From: Acidimicrobiia bacterium
GTDB taxonomy: Bacteria; Actinomycetota; Acidimicrobiia; Spongiisociales; Spongiisociaceae
Length of the DNA: 64,000 nucleotides
Direction: 5' to 3'
Assembly (NCBI GenBank): GCA_041576165.1
Contig: JBFGLM010000017.1
Location: 1 to 64,000 of the forward strand
Within the stretch, counting starts at the first letter, position 1; each line of letters opens with the position of its first letter. Below the pieces are notes generated by a model. It had not been told where the DNA came from and did no database searches. It saw nothing but the letters and a program-made list of their open reading frames with translations. Both the position numbers and the translations under genes were made by a program. Positions 47,805 through 56,450 of the stretch are shown piece after piece.

Positions 47805-48170
47805 TCAATAGCGATCCGATGCCTCCCGGCGCGCCGAGGGGCGATCCTTCAGCCGGGCCAGTTCGATCGTCTCAAGGGTGCCGCAGGCGCAGCGATAGGT
47901 TGCCGTCCCACCGTTGATGGTCAGCTCCCGATGACCCACCACGACCGGAATCCCGTACTCGTCGCAGGCCGTGGTCAGCGGCGCGGCCGCCAGCTCGTCC
48001 GGGGTGGGCGCCAGACGGCGGCGCAACTCGTGGACCTCGGTGCGGGCGTCCTCGAGCGCCATGCGGCTCCTGGCCAGCTCCGGAATCGCGCACCGTTGTT
48101 CACGATTCTCCTGATGGGAGCGCCACGCGTAGAGCAAATTGGCAACAGCAGTTTCGAGCACCGGATGCAC
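47805..48170 (-). CDS. Hypothetical protein
   Basis: GTG start 7 nt after TACTTT; helical N-half and Cys-containing C-half (TACD..YRCACG). Confidence 0.6.
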   Translation of the reverse strand: MHPVLETAVANLLYAWRSHQENREQRCAIPELARSRMALEDARTEVHELRRRLAPTPDELAAAPLTTACDEYGIPVVVGHRELTINGGTATYRCACGTLETIELARLKDRPSARREASDRY

Positions 48171-48256
48171 GCTGCGCAAAGTATCAGACGCTTCTGGCTG
48201 GGGCCAGCCCGGCGTGCGTCTTGACACCAGCTTTACGTCGGTTGCGAAAGATTCGC

Positions 48257-48284
48257 GGAACCGTTCGTAAACCTCGAGCGTCTA
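48257..48284 (+). promoter_or_regulatory. ECF-type promoter upstream of the SigE-like gene
   Basis: GGAACC-16 bp-CGTCTA, matching the actinobacterial SigE/SigH/SigR-type GGAAC..CGT pattern. Confidence 0.7.
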
Positions 48285-48299
48285 AGCGGCGAGGTAACC

Positions 48300-48878
48300 A
48301 TGATGCCCATGCCAGTAGAGATCGATGAGGGCAGAGTCGCAACGCTCCCCCGCCCGGTGGTCGACGCGCCAGCGCAGGCAGTTCCGGAGTGGGAAGACGT
48401 CGCTCGCCAGCATGGACGCACGATCTACAACTTCGCGTACCGGCTGTCCGGGGATCCCGACGACGCCAGCGACCTGACCCAGGAAGTCTTGCTCCGGGTC
48501 CGCCGCGGCCTGGAGACCTACCGGCCGATCACATTCGAAGGCTGGCTGTGGCGTATCACCCGCAATGCGTTCCTCGACGAGGTCCGACGGCGTCAGCGCC
48601 GCCAAACCACACCGCTGCCCGAAGGATTCGAAACCATCATCGGGATATCATCGCCGGCACCCGACCAGACGCTGGCCTCCTACGGCCTTTCCGACGATGT
48701 ACAGGCGGCGCTCATGAAGCTGCCCTACGAATTCCGCGAGTCGGTGGTCTTGTGCGATGTGGTGGGCCTCTCTTACGTCGAGGTAGCCGATGTCGTCGAC
48801 GTGCCTGTCGGCACTGTGCGCAGCCGCATTCACCGCGGCCGCAAGCTGCTGCGCAAGATGTTCCCTGAGGCGGCGTAA
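48300..48878 (+). CDS. ECF sigma factor, mycobacterial SigE-like
   Basis: AYRLSG..DASDLTQE, FEGWLWRITRNAFLD and VVLCDVVGLSY..GTVRSRIHRGR motifs. Confidence 0.92.
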   Translation: MMPMPVEIDEGRVATLPRPVVDAPAQAVPEWEDVARQHGRTIYNFAYRLSGDPDDASDLTQEVLLRVRRGLETYRPITFEGWLWRITRNAFLDEVRRRQRRQTTPLPEGFETIIGISSPAPDQTLASYGLSDDVQAALMKLPYEFRESVVLCDVVGLSYVEVADVVDVPVGTVRSRIHRGRKLLRKMFPEAA

Positions 48879-48889
48879 GGCCCCGGCGC

Positions 48890-49339
48890 TCAGCCCTTGG
48901 CGATCTCTCTGTCCATCAGGCGTTGTTCGAGCATGCCGCCCCGGCCCGAGAATGCATATGAGGCGTGCATGCCCACCAACATGCCCCACCCGATTGCTGG
49001 GAAATAGAACCAGTCGACGCCAGATCCCGACAGCACGTCGATGCCGGCCAGACCGGCTGTGACCGCGGCATAGGTGCCGGCATGGCGGAACCACAGGAGC
49101 TTGCGGCGAACCCGCCGCCGCACTGACTTCAGGTCCCGCTCGGAGGTGGCGATGGCCTGGGCCAGGGCCTCGGGTGAGACCTTTAGCTCGCTGGCAATCT
49201 CCCGCAGTTGCTGCACGCTGACGTCGCCGGCACCCTCCTTGTCGTCGGCCAGCTGCTGAAGCCGGGTGGCCGACCTGATCACCTCGCCCACTTCGTCATA
49301 GGTGAAAGTCTGTTTGGGTTTCCGAATCCGGCCGGCCAT
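48890..49339 (-). CDS. 2TM domain-containing protein
   Basis: FRHAGTY..WFYFPAIGWGMLVGMHA 2TM motif; N-terminal SVQQLREIASELKVSPEAL segment. Confidence 0.82.
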   Translation of the reverse strand: MAGRIRKPKQTFTYDEVGEVIRSATRLQQLADDKEGAGDVSVQQLREIASELKVSPEALAQAIATSERDLKSVRRRVRRKLLWFRHAGTYAAVTAGLAGIDVLSGSGVDWFYFPAIGWGMLVGMHASYAFSGRGGMLEQRLMDREIAKG

Positions 49340-49428
49340 GCGGTCATGATACGCGGCCCACTGGTACGGGCAGCCGGGTAGCGTGATGATCGCCGGAGAT
49401 CGCATCCGGCCGCGACCGAAAGGCGGAA

Positions 49429-50910
49429 ATGTTCGACAGCATCTTCAGCGGTCTGGCACTCGCGGTGTTCGTGCTGGGCGTGGTGGGGGCGATCTACCTG
49501 CTCGCGCGTTTCTTCTACAAGAAAGCGGGGCCGGACGAGGCTCTGATCGTGTACGGGCGGGGTGGCCGGGTGCGGAAGGCCAAACCGGACGGCACACCCG
49601 CCAAGCAGGGGTTTCGGATCGTCCACGGCGGGGGAACGATCGTCCTCCCGGCCTGGGAGGGGTTCGAGCGGCTCAGCCTGAAGGTCATGACGCTCGACAT
49701 CCTGTTGCAGGACGTCTACACGGTCCAGGGAATCCCCATAACCGTTCGGGCGGTAGCCCAGGTCAAGGTCAAGAGCAATCCCGAAGCGATCGCGCGCGCA
49801 GCGGAGGGCTTCCTGGGACTGGAATCCGAGCAGATCCGGGCGACCATTCGAGAGACGGTGGCCGGTCACTTGCGCGGCATAGTCGGAACGTTGACGGTCG
49901 AGGAGCTCTATCGCGACCGGGCCCAGTTCCAGCAGGCGGTCCGCAACGAAGCAGAAGAGGACATCGAGGGCATGGGCTTCGAGTTCAAGTCCCTGGTATT
50001 TCAGGAGATCCAGGATGATCAGGGCTACCTGGACGCGCTGGGCCAGCCCAAGATCCAGGAGGCCCTCAAGCATGCCCGCATCGCCCGGGCCAACGCCGAC
50101 CGGGACGCAGCGCTCGAGGAGGAGCATGCGCGCCAGGTCAAGGAACAGAAGCGGATCGGCGTCGAAACAGAGATCGCCGAATCGGACAAGTCGCTCAGCC
50201 TGAAACGGGCGGCCATCCAGGAAGAGGTAGATGTGGCCCAGGCTCAGGCCTCGAAGGCGGGCGAGCTAGAGGTCAAGGTCCAGGACATTGAGATCGCCAC
50301 CAGGGAGGTCGACCGCCAGAAGCTCGAGCTGAGCGCCACGATTCGGGAGAAGGCCGACGCCGACCAGTACGAGCGGGAGCGGCAGGCCGATGCCGCGCTG
50401 TACGAGCGCAGCAAGCGGGCGGAGGCCGATCGCTTTGAGATCGAGCAGAAGGCAGAGGCAGATCGCAAACGCCGCGAGGAGCAAGCGGAGGCGCTGCGGG
50501 CCGAGGGCCTGGCGGAGGCGGCCGCCGAGTCCGCCAAGAACCGTGACATCGGCCTTGCCCAGGCGGAAGCCATCCAGGCCAAGGGTGAAGCCGAAGCCGT
50601 GGCTCGCCGCAAGCTGGCGGAGGCGCTGAAGCTGTACAACGAAGCCGGGCTCTCAATCGAGGCGCTCAAGGTATTGCCGGAGATCGCGGCGGCGGTCTCC
50701 GAGCCGCTCGCCCGGGCCGGGACGACGACGATCATCTCCAACGCGGGCGCCAACGGGTCTGGAACCGGCGCGTCCAAGTTGACTGAAGATGTGGTGGCGG
50801 CGCTGAGCCAGCTCGGGCCGATCATGCAGCAGCTGGCCGGCGTCGATCTGAACGCCTTCCTGCAGGGAGTGGCCCAGGTTCCCGGCAAGCTGACCGCAAC
50901 CGACGAATAG
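49429..50910 (+). CDS. Flotillin (SPFH domain) protein
   Basis: N-terminal TM, AGPDEALIV, GHLRGIVGTLTVEE, IQDDQGYLDALG and EA-rich coiled coil. Confidence 0.93.
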   Translation: MFDSIFSGLALAVFVLGVVGAIYLLARFFYKKAGPDEALIVYGRGGRVRKAKPDGTPAKQGFRIVHGGGTIVLPAWEGFERLSLKVMTLDILLQDVYTVQGIPITVRAVAQVKVKSNPEAIARAAEGFLGLESEQIRATIRETVAGHLRGIVGTLTVEELYRDRAQFQQAVRNEAEEDIEGMGFEFKSLVFQEIQDDQGYLDALGQPKIQEALKHARIARANADRDAALEEEHARQVKEQKRIGVETEIAESDKSLSLKRAAIQEEVDVAQAQASKAGELEVKVQDIEIATREVDRQKLELSATIREKADADQYERERQADAALYERSKRAEADRFEIEQKAEADRKRREEQAEALRAEGLAEAAAESAKNRDIGLAQAEAIQAKGEAEAVARRKLAEALKLYNEAGLSIEALKVLPEIAAAVSEPLARAGTTTIISNAGANGSGTGASKLTEDVVAALSQLGPIMQQLAGVDLNAFLQGVAQVPGKLTATDE

Positions 50911-50975
50911 GCAAGTGGTCGACATCACCGCAGCCTCGAGCCGGCACCGGGCCCTGACGCGGCCTGGTCTCTGAC

Positions 50976-52070
50976 GTGGCGCTGGCCGAAGACGTCCTCG
51001 GTATCCTCGACGAGCTGCGCCGCACCGACGGCAAGCTGAAACGGGCCCGCATAATCGGCCGCCTCTGGTCGGCGGCGCGCAAGCTGCCGGGCGAAGAACG
51101 CAAGCAGCTGGCCGCCATCCTCGCCGACAGGTATGCGCCGGCGCTCGTCGCCAAGTTGGACGCCGGAGATGAGGTGCAGTCAAACGAGCTGCTCGGAATG
51201 ATCCGTGCGGTCGGCTCGGTCGACGCAGATGAGATCACCGAAATCATGGAAAGGCTCAGCCACCCCGAAGAACGACGCCAGTTGCTCACTCAGGTGGCGG
51301 AGAGCCTGCAGGACGACATCGCCGACGCCGACATCGAGCAGTTGGTCGACGACCCGGCCGCCGCCACGGCCGCCCTTGCCGCGGCTGCCCACGAACTCGC
51401 AGGCGATCTCGACGTCGTGCGCGACGAGCCCGATCGAGCGGACGAAGCCCCACCCGAAGCCCTGGCGCCGATCGAGCGAGCCGAACTCGGGGCCCCAGAG
51501 GTACCGGACGGGGATTCCGGGAAACCAGCGGACGCAACCGACGACACGGACGAGCCGGCGACCGCCCCCGAACCCGAGGCCGTCGCGGTGCATTCCGAGG
51601 CCAGCGAGGAAAACACGGCGGAGGAGGCGCCGCCAGCGCCTCACCCGGATACTGGAGCACCGATCGCCACGGCAGAGACCGGACCGATCCCGGGCGCGGC
51701 CGCGATGCCCGACGGATCAGCGATCACCGCGGAGGAGTTGGAGTCGATCCCATCCCCCGTGGCGCGGCTCCGGACCTTGTCCCTCCGGCTGGAAGAGCTG
51801 TCGGGCCCTTTTGACGGGCCTCCGCTGGCCGCATCGTTTCCTGACGGCTGGCAGCGGCGCCGGGCAGTCGCAGCCATGTGTCGCTCGTTGCCGCCCGGCG
51901 AGATCAGCGAGGCCGCAGCGATCATCGTGACTTTGACCGCACCGATGCAGCGGCGCTGGGTGGTTCGCACGCTGGTCGATCTGTGGGATCTCTCGGCGGA
52001 AGAGGTCGCCCGGCTGGCAGCGGCGACCGACCTGCCCGCGTCGGCCGTCCGACTCGCGCCCCTAGGCTGA
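50976..52070 (+). CDS. Hypothetical protein with acidic Pro/Ala-rich linker
   Basis: 364-aa ORF filling the space between flotillin and the TPM gene; C-terminal DGWQRRRA segment. Confidence 0.7.
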   Translation: MALAEDVLGILDELRRTDGKLKRARIIGRLWSAARKLPGEERKQLAAILADRYAPALVAKLDAGDEVQSNELLGMIRAVGSVDADEITEIMERLSHPEERRQLLTQVAESLQDDIADADIEQLVDDPAAATAALAAAAHELAGDLDVVRDEPDRADEAPPEALAPIERAELGAPEVPDGDSGKPADATDDTDEPATAPEPEAVAVHSEASEENTAEEAPPAPHPDTGAPIATAETGPIPGAAAMPDGSAITAEELESIPSPVARLRTLSLRLEELSGPFDGPPLAASFPDGWQRRRAVAAMCRSLPPGEISEAAAIIVTLTAPMQRRWVVRTLVDLWDLSAEEVARLAAATDLPASAVRLAPLG

Positions 52071-52091
52071 CACTTTCAACCTAGGTGCACG

Positions 52092-54398
52092 ATGATCAAA
52101 CGTTTCCTACTGCTCGCCTCGGTGTCGACGCTCGCGCTGTCGCCGGCGAGCGTGCTCGCTCAACCCGACACGGGAGAACTCGCTGCGTGTCCTGAAGTCG
52201 ATGGGATCACCTGCGATGCCTGGGTCACCGATGCGGCGGGCGTCATCCGCAACGAAGAGGTCGTAGAGTCCGCCGTAGGGGCCTTCGTCGACGAGTCCGG
52301 CCACCAGACCGCCGTTGTGATCGTGTCCAGCAGCGATTCCAACCCGCGCGACCTTGCAAACGAAATCGGCAACCGGTGGGGAGTCGGGGACGCTGAGCGA
52401 GACGACGGGATCGTGGTGCTGGTGGCGCTGGCAGAACGCCGCACCGAGATCGTCACCGGCCCGGGGGTGGAACTGAGCGATGGTGAGCTGAGCGCAATCG
52501 CGGCACTGGCCAACCCCCATTTCGCCGACGGCGACTTCGATCGAGGAATCTTCGCCATCATCGACGGGCTGGCCGACACCCTGGGCGTCGGAACCACGGC
52601 CGACACCGGCCGCACCGGTGCCGCTCCCGACCCTGAGCCGCAATCTGACACCGGCTCCGTCCCCGCCGGCCTCTTGACGGCAGCCATCGTCACCGGGGGC
52701 CTGGTTATCGGCGGCGCCGGCCTCTACAACAGCCGGGTGAGCCGCCGGGGACGCCTGCAACGACGCCGCCGCGAGGCCGTCGACGCAGAACTGGATCGGC
52801 TGCGTCCGGCCGGCCACGAGCTGGCGCTGGCGGAGGAGTACTTCCTGCCGAGGCCCGAGGGAGCCGGGGCGGTTACATCGGGCGAGGCCGTGATGGCGCT
52901 CGGCGACCTGCGCGACGGCCGGCAGGTCGATGATCTCGACGAGGAAGTGCTGATGGCGCTGTGGGTCGAGGGCGCCATCGAGGTGGTGGACGCTCCGCGG
53001 CTCGAAGAGCTGGCGACCATGCCCCTGGAACTTGCCATCACCGGTGAGCACGACGTCCTCGAGGAAGCGGTTCAAGAACGCGCCCGTACGGCAATCGACA
53101 TCAAGGACGATCAACAGTTTGAAGTCGCGATGCAGGAGCTCACCCGCCTGGTCGAAACGCTGCGCCCCTACCGGGTGGCCGAGGCTCGCCAGGAAGCGGC
53201 CCGCAACATGCAGGCCCAGATGAGGGAAACCCGGATCGGGCCCACCGTGGTCACCGACCTCGGAACACGTCTACTGGAGGCCGCCCCGGTGATCGAGGCG
53301 GCCGAGCCGTTCGACGCCGCCGTCGACTCGCTCGAAGCGGCGTACGCGACAGCGCAACGGAAAACCGAGAGGCTCGAGTCGCTGTACCAGAAGTTGCCGG
53401 AGGGCACCGCCCGCCCGGCGGTGGCGGCCGCGCTGGCCGACCTGGACGATGACCCGCAGGCATCTGTCGAGCGATATGAGCAGATTCGGGCCGAGCTCGC
53501 CGAAAAGGGCGGTTCGCTGCGCCAGGACGGCCTCGAAACGGACGCCATTGCCGCCTTTCTGTTGATGAACAACGACGCCGCCGACGTCGACGAGTTCCTC
53601 GATGTCTACCGGGAGGGACGCAAGCTGCACGAACCGGTGGTCGCGGTCGAATTCGCTCTCGCCGGCCTGAAGTCCCCGGCCGAGGTCAAATGGGTGCAGG
53701 AGAACGCCGACGACCTCGGACTGCCGATCACGATCACTGCGGCCTTGCTCAAGAAAGGCGAGCGCTCGATCGACGCGTATCAGTCCTTGCTCGGTGCGCT
53801 GAGCCAGCACGGCATCACCGGCGATACCCGCCAAACGATCGCCGGGGTGCTGGCCCTTTCCTTGGAACCTGCTCAGGCCGAGCGGCGCTGGATCGAGGCC
53901 CGGGATGCCCTCGCCGCCCTGGGTCTCGAGGGCAGTTACGCCGACATCGCCGCGGCGTTTGGCGCCTCTGACCCTCGCGGCCCCCAGCAGTTCGCCCTCT
54001 CCTACGCGGCGACTCGCCAGGCGCTTGCCCGGTCTTCAGTCGACGACGCCGATCGATTTGCGCCGGAACTGGCTCACGAGGGCACGTCCCGCCAAGAGGA
54101 CACGTGGACGGGCCAGCCCATCCCGCCGGGATTGGGCTACTTCGATCCGTTCACCTTGCTATTCCATCACTGGATCATCACCCGCGGCACGATCGGAGCC
54201 CTCGGATGGCGCCCGGTGTACACGGACCGCAGCTGGTCCGGGTCGCGCGATAGCTGGTTCGGGGGCGGGGGCGGATTCGGCGGTTTTGGCTCCGGCGGGG
54301 GCGGCAGCTCCTGGGGTGGCGGCTTCGGCGGTGGATTCGGCGGCTTCGGCGGCGGGGGCGGCTTCGGCGGCGGTGGGGGCGGCGGCTCCGGCTGGTGA
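52092..54398 (+). CDS. TPM domain protein with long cytoplasmic helical extension and Gly-rich tail
   Basis: Signal peptide, VTDAAG, WGVG..RDDGIVVLVA..RRTEIVTGPG, F..GDFDRG, TM and a GGGFGGGGGGGSGW end. Confidence 0.88.
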   Translation: MIKRFLLLASVSTLALSPASVLAQPDTGELAACPEVDGITCDAWVTDAAGVIRNEEVVESAVGAFVDESGHQTAVVIVSSSDSNPRDLANEIGNRWGVGDAERDDGIVVLVALAERRTEIVTGPGVELSDGELSAIAALANPHFADGDFDRGIFAIIDGLADTLGVGTTADTGRTGAAPDPEPQSDTGSVPAGLLTAAIVTGGLVIGGAGLYNSRVSRRGRLQRRRREAVDAELDRLRPAGHELALAEEYFLPRPEGAGAVTSGEAVMALGDLRDGRQVDDLDEEVLMALWVEGAIEVVDAPRLEELATMPLELAITGEHDVLEEAVQERARTAIDIKDDQQFEVAMQELTRLVETLRPYRVAEARQEAARNMQAQMRETRIGPTVVTDLGTRLLEAAPVIEAAEPFDAAVDSLEAAYATAQRKTERLESLYQKLPEGTARPAVAAALADLDDDPQASVERYEQIRAELAEKGGSLRQDGLETDAIAAFLLMNNDAADVDEFLDVYREGRKLHEPVVAVEFALAGLKSPAEVKWVQENADDLGLPITITAALLKKGERSIDAYQSLLGALSQHGITGDTRQTIAGVLALSLEPAQAERRWIEARDALAALGLEGSYADIAAAFGASDPRGPQQFALSYAATRQALARSSVDDADRFAPELAHEGTSRQEDTWTGQPIPPGLGYFDPFTLLFHHWIITRGTIGALGWRPVYTDRSWSGSRDSWFGGGGGFGGFGSGGGGSSWGGGFGGGFGGFGGGGGFGGGGGGGSGW

Positions 54399-54500
54399 TG
54401 CCCCCCCACGCGAAAAAGACTGCCGGGTACACGACGCTCTGCCGCTGATGCGGAATCGACGCGTAGGGTCCCGGGTTGCTAGACCCGTCCGAGGGAGCTC

Positions 54501-54908
54501 ATGTTTCGCCGCAGCAAACGTGTAAAAGCGACTCGCGTCGAGTCGATGGACGAGATCACCGAGATGGCCGCGTCGGGTCGCCCTGTCCTGGTCGACTTCA
54601 TGCAGCCCGGCTGCGCCCCGTGCCGGGTGATGGACGGCATCGTCGATGAGCTGGCCGACGAGTTCCAGGATTCTGCCCATGTCGTGAAGGTCAACCTCCG
54701 CGAGCTCCCGGCCGCAGCCCACACGTTCAAGGTCAAATCCACTCCGACGTTCGTACTACTGGCGGTGTCGCCCAAGGCCAGAAAGAAGGCCGCGGCCGTC
54801 GGAGGCGTGCCGGCGGCAACCCAGCGGTGGCGCGCGACCGGGCTGGTCAAGAAGGACGCCCTGCGCAAGGCTATCGAGTCCAACGGAGCATCGGCGGCCT
54901 CCGCGTAA
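54501..54908 (+). CDS. Thioredoxin family protein
   Basis: PVLVDF..GCAPC and VKSTPT motifs. Confidence 0.88.
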   Translation: MFRRSKRVKATRVESMDEITEMAASGRPVLVDFMQPGCAPCRVMDGIVDELADEFQDSAHVVKVNLRELPAAAHTFKVKSTPTFVLLAVSPKARKKAAAVGGVPAATQRWRATGLVKKDALRKAIESNGASAASA

Positions 54909-54980
54909 CGCGGGCGAAACCGAGCCGTGCCGGAAACGCAACCCGGCGGTAAAGGCCGCGAAATCTGCCCGCCGTACTTT
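54905..54980 (+). promoter_or_regulatory. GlnR-box array and -10 upstream of amtB
   Basis: GTAAC-n6-GAAAC (54905-54920) continuing at 11-bp spacing to GTAAA-n6-GAAAT (54949-54964); TACTTT at 54975. Confidence 0.75.
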
Positions 54981-55008
54981 CCCTCCAACTCACTAGAGGG
55001 AGATTGAA

Positions 55009-56355
55009 ATGTGTAAACGATTCGTGCTCATCTCTGCGATGACGCTGATCGCCGTACTCGGGCCGCTGGCGAGCATCGCGAGCGCACAGGAGGGCCCGAC
55101 CATCGATGATGTCGCGGCGGCGGTGGACACGGTTTGGGTCGTCCTGGCCGGGATCCTCGTGATGTTCATGCAGCCCGGGTTCGCGCTGGTGGAGGCGGGA
55201 TTCACCCGAGCCAAGAATGCCGGCAACATCGTCATGAAGAACTTCATGGACTTCTCGGTCGGAGCCATCATCTACTGGGCGATCGGGTTTGGGCTGGCGT
55301 ACGGCGGAACGTCGATCGGGGGTTTTCTGGCCACCGGTGACTTCTTCATGAACAACAGCGACCGGTCCGTGGAGTGGTTCTTCCAGGTCGTATTCGCGGC
55401 CACGGCGGCAACAATCGTGTCCGGAGCGATGGCGGAGCGCACGAAGTTCTCCGCCTACCTGCTGTACACGCCATTCATCACGGGCCTCATCTACCCCATC
55501 GTCACCCACTGGGTGTGGAGCGGCGACGGGTTCCTCACCAAGCTCGGCTACTACGACTTTGCCGGCTCGGGTGTTGTGCATCTCACCGGTGGCGTCGCGG
55601 CCTTGGCGGGCGTCCTCACCATCGGTCCCCGCATTGGAAAGTACGACAGCGACGGCAAGCCACTCCCGATCCCCGGGCACTCGCTGACCCTCGGCGCGCT
55701 GGGTGTGTTCATCCTGTGGTTCGGCTGGTACGGCTTCAACGCCGGATCCACCCTGGCTGCGGTCGGTTCGCATGGCGCGATCGGTGCCGTCGTCGTGACG
55801 ACCACGCTGGCCGCCGCCGCCGGGGCGCTCGGTGCGATGCTCACCGCGTGGGTGTTCCCAGTGTACGGTCGTCCGGACGTCGGGTTGACGCTGAACGGAG
55901 CGCTGGCCGGCCTGGTAGGCATCACCGCCGGACCGGACGTGATCAGCAACCTAGGGGCCGTGATCGTGGGCTTGATTGCCGGCGTCATCGTGGTCGTGTC
56001 GATCGTTGGTTTTGAACGAGGAGGAGTGGACGATCCGGTCGGCGCCATCTCCGTCCACGGATCGGCCGGCATCTGGGGTGTCCTGGCCGTCGGGCTGTTC
56101 TCGACCGACAACGGCCTGCTGTATGGAGGCGGCTTCGAGCAGCTCGGATCGCAGATCATCGGGGTCATTGCGATCGTCGCCTGGGTATTCATCAGTTCGA
56201 CGATCGTGTTCAGGGTGATCAGCTCCGTCTGGGGGATCAGGGTCACGCCCGAAGAGGAGCTGGCCGGACTCGACCGGATGGAGCACGGGGCGGAAGCGTA
56301 TCCGGAGTTTCTCGAACAGATCGCGTCACCGGATGCGCTCGATCCGGTGATGTGA
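55009..56355 (+). CDS. amtB: Ammonium transporter
   Basis: FMQPGFA..EAG, IVSGAMAER, DFAGSGVVH, WFGWYGFNAGS and DDPVGAISVHG motifs. Confidence 0.97.
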   Translation: MCKRFVLISAMTLIAVLGPLASIASAQEGPTIDDVAAAVDTVWVVLAGILVMFMQPGFALVEAGFTRAKNAGNIVMKNFMDFSVGAIIYWAIGFGLAYGGTSIGGFLATGDFFMNNSDRSVEWFFQVVFAATAATIVSGAMAERTKFSAYLLYTPFITGLIYPIVTHWVWSGDGFLTKLGYYDFAGSGVVHLTGGVAALAGVLTIGPRIGKYDSDGKPLPIPGHSLTLGALGVFILWFGWYGFNAGSTLAAVGSHGAIGAVVVTTTLAAAAGALGAMLTAWVFPVYGRPDVGLTLNGALAGLVGITAGPDVISNLGAVIVGLIAGVIVVVSIVGFERGGVDDPVGAISVHGSAGIWGVLAVGLFSTDNGLLYGGGFEQLGSQIIGVIAIVAWVFISSTIVFRVISSVWGIRVTPEEELAGLDRMEHGAEAYPEFLEQIASPDALDPVM

Positions 56356-56379
56356 GCGATTGAACTCAGAGGACATCAC

Positions 56380-56417
56380 AACGAGGAGCGGGCCGGTGGC
56401 GGCCCGCTCCTCGTTTT
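56380..56417 (+). terminator. Intrinsic terminator after amtB
   Basis: aacgaggagcgggcc/ggcccgctcctcgtt stem ending in a short T run. Confidence 0.82.
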
Positions 56418-56450
56418 GGCGCCGCACGCCGTTGGGCCGAGAATCACAGT

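Noticed and set aside
54260-54395. GGC-rich low-complexity repeat
   Set aside because: It encodes the ordinary Gly-rich tail of TPM-family proteins
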